From the IMG/VR virus record IMGVR_UViG_2671180637_000017, positions 1 to 13,572 of that record: a stretch of DNA of 13,572 nucleotides; one strand, given 5' to 3'. Positions 7,736 through 13,572 of this stretch are shown piece by piece. A program made the position numbers and the translations under genes. How positions within the stretch are numbered: position 1 is the first letter of the stretch; each line of letters starts with the position of its first letter. The notes beneath the pieces were generated by a model, which did no database searches, had not been told where the DNA came from, and saw nothing but the letters and a program-made list of their open reading frames with translations. This stretch comes from a virus (lineage: Duplodnaviria; Heunggongvirae; Uroviricota; Caudoviricetes).

Positions 7736-9130
7736 CTATATCAGCTTTCTCAGCCTGATTATAGTGAGGATGATTATTATATCTAGATAATTCCTTATCG
7801 TATATAGCATCAACCTCCTGACTAGAGTTGAGTATTTCATCATTGATTGCCTCAATCTCTTTTTTCTATCTCTAATATCTTTTTCTATTTTCTTTATTTC
7901 TTCAATAATAAGGTTGTCTTTTTCACTAAATATGGTATAAACCATACCTTGATTAAGTTGCAACTCACTAAAATCTCTTGGGAAAATATTCTTATAGGCA
8001 ATAATGGCCAACATTTTATTACAGTCAAGTTCTGTCGTGTTTAATTTGTTATAATAAATTTGAAATTCGTTATAAATATTCTTCAATATTCTCATATCAT
8101 CAATATATAAAGACATCCCTTGTAGAAATCTTTCATTGAACAACTTGAGAATACCACCACCATCAAAATGTGTGATAAACTGATCGTAAGAGTTAGAACT
8201 ATCAACAACAGGAATAACTGGAATGATATAATCAAAGAATTTGGTTCTATCCTTCGAAATGAAGATATCATCACGAAGCAAGTAAATAAAACGTAACGTC
8301 GATTTCTTGTGCCCTGCTGTGTCCCGTTGAATATTAACCAGTCTGTTAACCTCATGAAGACGTTCAAAGATGTTATTACTATTAAAACGGTCCATGTCTT
8401 CAAAAACAATGGCATCAGCATCAACGTTCTCGAAAAGGTACAATACTTCATTTAAATATCTATCGAAATAAGACTCGTTACTTTCTTCAAAAATCTCTAT
8501 TTCATTACCCTGTAAATTTATTTTCTTAAGAACATTACGATTCTTTTGGATTTTTATTAACTTGTAAATGAAAATACAAGATAGGATAGTACATATAAAC
8601 CCACTAATTAAAAGCGTATCGTATTTAGTTGATAATGTAAGTAGTGTCTTTATATTACCTTCAGATAAAAGTGAAACAAACTTTTCCCACTTATTAAATA
8701 GCGTGATATGTAGTATCATGGCGATAAATAACACCGTAAAGATGGTGTTTATCACAATGTTGTTAGTTTTTATTTTTTTCTTTACTTTAAAATGTGTCTG
8801 GGGAATATCATCAGCATTAATTTGGTGAATTAACTGGTTAAGAACTTTACCTTCTAACGCGGTTTCATTTATATCTTTACTTGGTTCATTAGTTTCAGCT
8901 TCCTCAATCGATCTGAAATGAGCAAGTGAGATATGAACAAACTTTATATTTGAATGACTTTTCTTATAGGATTCGATAAGACTACTTTTTCCTGCGCTAT
9001 ATTGCCCTGATATCGCAACATTTTTTAGATCGTTATTGGCAAAAACAAAATCTATCGCATTTTTATATACACCCAGCTCAACATCGCTGAACGGAGTTAA
9101 CTTTTGAAATTTATAGCTATCATCACTCAT
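7736..9130 (-). CDS. KAP-family P-loop NTPase (N-terminal NTPase module with membrane insert)
   Basis: Walker A GQYSAGKSS (plus 8984-9007), two hydrophobic helices (IVINTIFTVLFIAMILHITLF and TLLISGFICTILSCIFIYKLI), then Walker B-like AIVFEDMDRF. A transmembrane insert between Walker A and B is the hallmark of KAP NTPases. SD GGGAAGGGA lies 5 nt before the ATG. The last ~45 codons look like out-of-frame read-through. Confidence 0.8.
   Translation of the reverse strand: MSDDSYKFQKLTPFSDVELGVYKNAIDFVFANNDLKNVAISGQYSAGKSSLIESYKKSHSNIKFVHISLAHFRSIEEAETNEPSKDINETALEGKVLNQLIHQINADDIPQTHFKVKKKIKTNNIVINTIFTVLFIAMILHITLFNKWEKFVSLLSEGNIKTLLTLSTKYDTLLISGFICTILSCIFIYKLIKIQKNRNVLKKINLQGNEIEIFEESNESYFDRYLNEVLYLFENVDADAIVFEDMDRFNSNNIFERLHEVNRLVNIQRDTAGHKKSTLRFIYLLRDDIFISKDRTKFFDYIIPVIPVVDSSNSYDQFITHFDGGGILKLFNERFLQGMSLYIDDMRILKNIYNEFQIYYNKLNTTELDCNKMLAIIAYKNIFPRDFSELQLNQGMVYTIFSEKDNLIIEEIKKIEKDIRDRKKRLRQSMMKYSTLVRRLMLYTIRNYLDIIIILTIIRLRKLI
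7859..7865 (-). other. Candidate -1 frameshift site A_AAA_AAG (or 1-nt indel in an A6 run) joining the two KAP ORFs
   Basis: The upstream frame reads AGA AAA AAG (R K K). A -1 slip or one extra A yields KKEIEAIN... continuous with the 713-aa ORF. The heptamer is the same as the dnaX slippery site. Confidence 0.4.
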
Positions 9131-9211
9131 TGATATCCCTTCCCAATCTTCACCGAGAGAGCTGGCTTTCGGAGTTAATCAAACAAAATCATGCAGATAA
9201 AATTTCGCCTT

Positions 9212-9220
9212 ATTATAGCA
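9212..9220 (-). promoter_or_regulatory. Extended -10 promoter (TGCTATAAT) for the KAP NTPase gene
   Basis: Minus strand TGCTATAAT with no good -35, about 80 nt upstream of the KAP ATG. Confidence 0.4.
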
Positions 9221-9529
9221 GACACAACTGCAAAGATTAGCTAAAGCCTCGTTGTTTTCTTCATCTATCCCTATAATTTTACACTACAGTTAGCACTTAC
9301 TATACCTGAAAGCTTTGCTCGTAAAGAGCACAATCGCAAGTCAGCAAAGCACGACTTTGCAATCGAGCGCCGCTAAAACAGTGCTGAATCGCTACGACTT
9401 AGGCAGCCATCTTATCGGTTGGCAGATAATTTCTAACTTCCGCTTCTGGCACAAAGCGGACAACCACGATAGCTCTATCCTGTGCCACAAAATGTCAATT
9501 CACATCTTAACTAATGCATTTTAATCTCG

Positions 9530-9952
9530 TCACTTTAATAAATACCGAACATTCCCCTGATAAAACGACAATATGCGCTGCATAACTTCGCTTTTACGAC
9601 ACTCAGTACAAATTATATTATGATGCCTGTCGTAACGACGTATTTCTCCATCAGGTAATGACCAGATAAGGTCCGGATCAACCGCAGATGGTTTCTTCAG
9701 CTTTGCCCTTGAGAGCTTTTTACGGGCATTTTGCCAGTCCTTACGCGCCTGTTCAGACGGGAATAACCCGTAACCAGAATTGTATACATCACCGCTGGCA
9801 ACCAGCTCTCTCGCGAGAACGCTCATCAGATATCTTGTCGCACCTGTCTTGACTTCCAGTTGTCGTAACGTCTCACGCCCACTCTGGCGTACGAGTTCAA
9901 CAACCTGCCCTTTAATTTTTTCTCGCTCTTCTTGTGTAAATACTTTTGCCAC
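9530..9952 (-). CDS. Hypothetical prophage protein (140 aa) downstream of the replication initiator
   Basis: Clean ORF with typical GC, 40 bp after the initiator stop; basic and Cys/His-containing (RYDRHHNIICTECRK). No family recognised. Confidence 0.5.
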   Translation of the reverse strand: MAKVFTQEEREKIKGQVVELVRQSGRETLRQLEVKTGATRYLMSVLARELVASGDVYNSGYGLFPSEQARKDWQNARKKLSRAKLKKPSAVDPDLIWSLPDGEIRRYDRHHNIICTECRKSEVMQRILSFYQGNVRYLLK

Positions 9953-9992
9953 AAGTCCTCCTGAAAATTACCTCATGACCTGAAATAAACAC

Positions 9993-11069
9993 TTACCCCC
10001 TGAAGCCCGGCGGAATTTCGGTATCCGGTTCAGAAATATGATTCACACAACGCTGGTTGTTCGTGCCGTTTACCGGGAGCAACCAGGGGTTTTCAAAATT
10101 CCGGTCCGGTCCAAAAAACGTCGTCGCTCGCTGAACAAATTCCGTTCCCGTTTTCCCGGTAACCGCCAGGTATCTTGCGTAACGCCTCACGCCATCCAGC
10201 ATGGCCTCTGGTGGCACCCCCTCGCGTAATCTGGCCTTCCAGGCACTGAAAGCGGATTTCTTCGGGTTTGCCCCGGCACGCAACGGGTACTCCCGCCAGA
10301 TCTGTTCGAACACATCCGGATAATCCACTCGTCCCACAGGCTGCCCGGTGTTTTCCGGGACTACCCGATCGGCTTCCCGCTGAATGGCGGAATCGGCTTC
10401 AGGCTGCTGCAGTTGGTGTGATTGCTCCGGCCTTGCGGTCATCACCTGCTGCACAGCGCCCGAATCGGCTTTCAGCGCATACGCTGAATCGGCTTCCGGT
10501 GTCGTGCCTGCTGGCTGACCAGGGTTGACGGTCTGAACATCCCCTGCCTGGTTCGTGGCGTTTTTTACGCCATGAACCATAGTATTTTGATCTTCTTGAT
10601 CTGTATCTTTATCTGTATCTTTATCTGTCGTGACTCGTCGTGACATGTGCGTGACATTTCGTGACGCGTCGTGACAATCGCCATTTTGTTCCCGCTTTCT
10701 TTCCCTCTCACGCTGCGCCCTCTTGCGCTCTGCCGGAGATTTTGCGGTTTGCGAAATATTGCCGTTGTCCTCTTTAAGCACCTGGCGTTTTTCCCATCCA
10801 GTGATTAAATCACCATCAAGTACCCGCCCCTGCATCGTCTGCAAAATTGAATCAATTACCTCTTCTGTCACGTCGAGCGCACTTGCCAAATCTTCTGTCG
10901 TGACATCAATGTGACCTCGCGTGACATTTCGTGACGCGCTCACCAGGAGGTGGATATACACTGCCATCACTGTTGCAATTGGCTGCCCTGACACCCTGGC
11001 AATTGTTCGCCACTTAGGGTCATTTGGCATGTCATGCCATAATCTGAGCCAGGCGTTAGCCATACTCAC
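9993..11069 (-). CDS. Replication initiator, lambda O-like / replisome-organizer type
   Basis: 358 aa: N-terminal winged-helix-like region (AWLRLWHDMPNDPKWRTIA...), low-complexity acidic/basic linker (DKDTDKDTD, ERKRAQRERERKRE) and a C-terminal domain. Iteron arrays lie inside the coding sequence, as ori-lambda lies inside O. Confidence 0.6.
   Translation of the reverse strand: MSMANAWLRLWHDMPNDPKWRTIARVSGQPIATVMAVYIHLLVSASRNVTRGHIDVTTEDLASALDVTEEVIDSILQTMQGRVLDGDLITGWEKRQVLKEDNGNISQTAKSPAERKRAQRERERKREQNGDCHDASRNVTHMSRRVTTDKDTDKDTDQEDQNTMVHGVKNATNQAGDVQTVNPGQPAGTTPEADSAYALKADSGAVQQVMTARPEQSHQLQQPEADSAIQREADRVVPENTGQPVGRVDYPDVFEQIWREYPLRAGANPKKSAFSAWKARLREGVPPEAMLDGVRRYARYLAVTGKTGTEFVQRATTFFGPDRNFENPWLLPVNGTNNQRCVNHISEPDTEIPPGFRG
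10588..10675. repeat. Origin-like element: two GATC sites, tandem ATCTGTATCTTT repeats, then five CGTGAC iterons phased at 10-11 bp
   Basis: CGTGAC starts at 10629, 10639, 10650, 10660 and 10670 (spacings 10, 11, 10, 10). Immediately preceded by about 2.5 copies of ATCTGTATCTTT from 10599 and GATC at 10588-10591 and 10598-10601. Confidence 0.55.
10867..10938. repeat. Second iteron cluster (CGTGAC/TGTGAC at 10-11 bp phase, with an inverted GTCACG)
   Basis: CGTGAC at 10899, 10920, 10930 and TGTGAC at 10910; inverted copy GTCACG at 10867-10872. The 20-mer GCGTGACATTTCGTGACGCG occurs in both clusters (near 10649 and near 10919). Confidence 0.45.
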
Positions 11070-11134
11070 CTCTTCTGATACCGAATCTTTTTACTCACGA
11101 GTTGCCGGAAGCGATTCGATATGACTATTGTCAG

Positions 11135-11560
11135 TCAATGTACTGCCACAGCATTTCCTGCCGGGCCACCACGGTTCATCTGATTGAAACCGGCGATTGC
11201 CACTGCGACAAAATCATCAGCGTCTCTCACCAATCGCTCCCGCGTCTCCACCAGCTCCCGAAAATAAGCTGAACTGTGGCTGCGCATTCTGGCCACCAGC
11301 AAAGGTGGCATTGCCTTTTCGATCGCTGGCAACAACGCCTTAATTTTTTCAACAGCATCAGGGGTGTCTTTCTCTACCCAGCGGAAAATTTTCTGGGTAT
11401 TGCGAGCCAGGGCTTCCGGATGGCTGTCGTCGTACAGTTCAGGAAACGTCATACCCAACTCAAAATAAGCCTGGGTTATTCCAGCTGCCGGAACTTTTTC
11501 GCCATCAGGACGCGCCCAGGCATTCATCGCCATGCGGATGTGTTCATGCTTGATTTTCAT
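11135..11560 (-). CDS. YdaT-like protein (CII-like position in Rac-type immunity regions)
   Basis: 141 aa starting MKIKHEHI, ATGA overlap with the cro-like stop. Resembles E. coli Rac YdaT in length, N-terminus and position as recalled. Confidence 0.5.
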   Translation of the reverse strand: MKIKHEHIRMAMNAWARPDGEKVPAAGITQAYFELGMTFPELYDDSHPEALARNTQKIFRWVEKDTPDAVEKIKALLPAIEKAMPPLLVARMRSHSSAYFRELVETRERLVRDADDFVAVAIAGFNQMNRGGPAGNAVAVH

Positions 11561-11811
11561 GAATCAACTCCCATCAGCTTTTTCGTAGTAGTTTTATTCC
11601 TGCCAATAGTTAAAATTGCATCGGCAGAAAATAATCCGTTTGATGCAAGAGCGATTTTTTCAGCGTAATTTGTTTCGCCGGTATATTCTGTGCGAGGCAA
11701 TTTTCCGTTATCCATCCATTTATAGATTGCTCTTTGGCTGACACCACAAACGTCGGCCACAACAGCAACGCGAACAGTTTTGATTACATCTTCAAGTGTT
11801 TTCTGGTTCAT
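11557..11811 (-). CDS. Cro/YdaS-like HTH transcriptional regulator
   Basis: 84 aa from the ATG at 11811 (MNQKTLED...), which has SD GAGGGTGAT 1 nt upstream; the longer track ORF to 11883 has no RBS. HTH segment DVCGVSQRAIYKWMDNGKLP. Divergent from the cI-like gene. Confidence 0.65.
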   Translation of the reverse strand: MNQKTLEDVIKTVRVAVVADVCGVSQRAIYKWMDNGKLPRTEYTGETNYAEKIALASNGLFSADAILTIGRNKTTTKKLMGVDS

Positions 11812-11890
11812 ATCACCCTCACAATGTGAACTTTGAGTACATGCTATAACAGAACTGACAGTACATTCAAGAGCGAATATCATTGAACTT
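11812..11890. promoter_or_regulatory. OR-like divergent promoter/operator region between cro-like and cI-like genes
   Basis: 79-bp intergenic with AGTACAT motifs (GAGTACATG near 11835-11843, CAGTACATT near 11859-11867). Leftward TTGAAT...TATAGC for cro; rightward CTGACA (11854-11859), 18 bp, TATCAT (11878-11883) placing the start at the cI ATG. Confidence 0.45.
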
Positions 11891-12310
11891 ATGGTTCATG
11901 AAGATAAAGCGCGTAAAGAGTTCGCCAGTAGGCTTGCGCTAGCCTGTGAAAACGCTGGTTATGAACAACATGGAAGGCAGGCAGAAATTGCCCGTCGAAT
12001 GAAATTAACACCAAAAGCGGTTAGCAAATGGTTTAATGGCGAAACAATTCCTCGCCGGGAGAAATTAAGGGAATTAGCAACACTAATAGGAACAACACCA
12101 ACCTATCTTTTGGGAGAGGATACAGAAGAAAGTGGACAGGTACGTTTCTATCAGGAGTTAAATCCAAGACAAAAAATCATCATTGACCTTCTGGACGAGC
12201 TCCCTGACAGTGAGACAGATGAACTTTTAAAAACTCTTGAAGAGAAAAAACAGAAGTACAATGCAATTTACGAAGAGTTAGCACGAAAGAAAAAACAAAA
12301 AGCCTCTTAA
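11891..12310 (+). CDS. cI-like prophage repressor (HTH XRE family)
   Basis: 139 aa with a classic XRE HTH (QAEIARRMKLTPKAVSKWFNGETIPRREKLRELATLIG) and a charged helical C-terminus. Divergent from the cro-like gene. Confidence 0.75.
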   Translation: MVHEDKARKEFASRLALACENAGYEQHGRQAEIARRMKLTPKAVSKWFNGETIPRREKLRELATLIGTTPTYLLGEDTEESGQVRFYQELNPRQKIIIDLLDELPDSETDELLKTLEEKKQKYNAIYEELARKKKQKAS

Positions 12311-12373
12311 ACCAGCATAAATCCGGTAGCGCCTTCCTCCGGGTTTGTGCTTCACTTTATCCCATCTCATTTT

Positions 12374-12432
12374 TTTACACACAAAATGTACTAAAAGTAC
12401 TTTAAAACAATGAACGCAAAGTGCATTATATA
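12374..12432 (+). promoter_or_regulatory. OL/PL-like promoter-operator for the rightward early genes
   Basis: TTTACA (12374-12379), 18-bp spacer, TACTTT (12398-12403), overlapped by ATGTACTAAAAGTACTT, which repeats the GTAC-core motif seen in the OR-like region. Confidence 0.35.
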
Positions 12433-12526
12433 CCTACCACCCACCCCGCCCCACAGAATGCAGGGCAATACTTCGAGTTACCCGGCAGTGGTCAGGGGTT
12501 AAGTAGCCAGCCCGAGGCGTAAGAAC

Positions 12527-12763
12527 ATGACGGCAGGGTTCAACTTTAATAACTATGCAGCAGGTTTTTGTTCCGCTACCCCGGCGTTAAGGGGAAATGA
12601 GGTCAGCATGGATACTATCGATCTTGGCAACAGCGAATCTCTGGTATGTGGCGTGTTCCCCAACCAGGACGGTACGTTCACCGCGATGACGTATACCAAA
12701 AGCAAAACGTTTAAAACCGAAAATGGTGCCCGTCGCTGGCTGGAAAGAAACTCAGGTGAGTGA
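12527..12763 (+). CDS. Small prophage early protein (YdaF-like); alternative start at 12608 gives a 51-aa product
   Basis: 78-aa ORF. The internal ATG at 12608 has a better SD (TGAGGT) and its product MDTIDLGNSESLVCGVFPNQDGTFTAMTYTKSKTF... resembles Rac YdaF as recalled. Confidence 0.5.
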   Translation: MTAGFNFNNYAAGFCSATPALRGNEVSMDTIDLGNSESLVCGVFPNQDGTFTAMTYTKSKTFKTENGARRWLERNSGE

Positions 12764-12764
12764 T

Positions 12765-12893
12765 ATGGATTTCGACACAATCATGGAAAAGGCTTACGAA
12801 GAATACTTCGAAGGTCTTGCCGACGGCGAAGAAGCTCTCGGCTTCAACGAATTTAAACAGGCGCTTTCCAGTTCGGCAAAATCTAACGGCTGA
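12765..12893 (+). CDS. Small acidic prophage protein (YdaG-like, 42 aa)
   Basis: ATG at 12765 follows the upstream stop with a 1-nt gap; MDFDTIMEKAYEEYFEGLADGEEALGFNEFKQALSSSAKSNG. Not in the supplied ORF track (below its length cutoff). Family from memory. Confidence 0.45.
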   Translation: MDFDTIMEKAYEEYFEGLADGEEALGFNEFKQALSSSAKSNG

Positions 12894-12922
12894 TAAGCGA
12901 AACAGCACCGCGAGGAATCAGT

Positions 12923-13141
12923 ATGCAGAAACGAGAACCCGTCATCATCGCGCCAGACTATACCGATGATGAACTTTATGAGTGGATGCGCCAGAAAATT
13001 AATGCAGCGCAGGATTTGAAATGGGCCAATGAAGCCAGGGCTAAGCAGGCTGAAAATCTGTCCGCTCTGGAGCAGGATATCACCAATCTGGAAAAAGCAG
13101 CGGCATTAAGCATTGCCAGAATGATTACATACCCGCGTTAG
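12923..13141 (+). CDS. Kil-like small protein (72 aa), possible cell-division inhibitor of the KilR type
   Basis: ATG at 12923 with GAGG 7 nt upstream; MQKREPVIIAPDYTDDELYEWMRQKINAAQDLKWANEARAKQ... Position in the early-left operon and resemblance to Rac KilR as recalled; unverified. Confidence 0.4.
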   Translation: MQKREPVIIAPDYTDDELYEWMRQKINAAQDLKWANEARAKQAENLSALEQDITNLEKAAALSIARMITYPR

Positions 13142-13572
13142 TAGCTAATCAACAAAGCTAAGGTTAGTAATTAAGGAGTTCTCCACGGGTGAGGTGGAGT
13201 GCGTGCGCCGGACACGGGTGAGCATCCGGCATTGACAGTTTACTGAAAGGATATTTCCCTGAAAAGTCAGACCATAACGCGAAAGCGCACGGCGAGGTAG
13301 CTGGTTCATAGATAGCCTGTCGTTAAATTTTCGTCGACCGTGCGCTTCCGGTTGTGGCAATCCGCGAAATGGCGCGGCGGTAAGTATGGCGGGGTTATTC
13401 CTTCCCCCGTTGAGGACACCGGGTTGTCAGGTTGACCATACGCTTAAGTGACAACCCCGCTGCAACGCCCTCTGTTATCAATTTTCTGGTGACGTTTGGC
13501 GGTATCAGTTTTACTCCGTGACTGCTCTGCCGCCCTTTTTAAAGTGAATTTTGTGATGCGGTGAATGCGGCT

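Noticed and set aside
5647-8828. Plus-strand and alternate-frame ORFs inside the KAP island (5647-5883, 6172-6387, 6428-6616, 7567-7758, 7847-8044, 8092-8451, 8568-8828)
   Set aside because: AT-rich DNA produces long stop-free antisense frames; these are Leu/Ile/Phe/Ser-rich with no RBS and overlap the much longer coherent minus-strand frames.
5477-9291. Short inverted repeat at the island ends (AACTGTAG at 5477-5484, CTACAGTT at 9284-9291) as possible terminal inverted repeats
   Set aside because: Only 8 bp exact with a loosely similar flank, which is expected by chance at this scale. No transposase or integrase gene is present in the island.
9315-9524. Plus-strand 69-aa ORF between the 140-aa gene and the island promoter
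   Set aside because: No RBS and low-complexity composition; the region is better explained as intergenic or regulatory.
10588-10938. CRISPR array as an explanation for the regularly spaced repeats
   Set aside because: The repeats are 6-bp units at helical (10-11 bp) spacing inside a coding sequence, not 25-40 bp repeats with unique spacers, and no cas genes are nearby. An iteron and origin interpretation fits better.
9780-11668. Plus-strand ORFs antisense to the 140-aa, initiator, YdaT-like and cro-like genes (9780-9983, 10038-10229, 10268-10528, 10723-10914, 10921-11124, 11276-11668)
   Set aside because: Shadow ORFs within well-supported minus-strand genes.
11812-11883. Longer cro-like ORF starting at 11883 (108 aa)
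   Set aside because: The upstream extension (MIFALECTVSSVIACTQSSHCEGD) lacks an RBS and would consume the operator region; the ATG at 11811 with a strong SD is the more plausible start.
12553-12969. Minus-strand ORFs 12553-12780 and 12711-12908, and plus ORF 12760-12969
   Set aside because: They overlap the three compact plus-strand early genes, which have proper RBSs and tight spacing; likely non-coding frames.
13145-13360. Minus-strand 71-aa ORF in the structured right-end region
   Set aside because: No RBS, Arg-rich junk-like composition, and it spans strong inverted repeats; more likely structured non-coding DNA.

Overview
This window reads as a mosaic lambdoid prophage segment from an enterobacterial (E. 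coli-like) genome, with most genes on the minus strand. Read right to left it contains: an immunity switch (cI-like repressor on +, divergent Cro-like and YdaT/CII-like genes on -, putative GTAC-type operators on both sides of the repressor); three small early-left genes on + (YdaF-, YdaG- and Kil-like, recalled from memory); an O-like replication initiator with two phased CGTGAC iteron clusters and an AT-rich repeat block inside its coding sequence; a visibly AT-rich ~3.8 kb island with its own promoter and terminator encoding a KAP-family P-loop NTPase split into two ORFs at an A_AAA_AAG heptamer; a hok/mok/sok type I toxin-antitoxin locus; nin-like genes (DUF968/HNH-like protein, RusA); a Q-like antiterminator followed by a PR'-like promoter, a tR'-like terminator and three tRNA genes; and a DUF1737/SASA-type esterase. 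The main candidate for an undescribed system is the KAP NTPase island with its possible programmed -1 frameshift. All family assignments are from reading the translations and from memory; no database search or computation was run.
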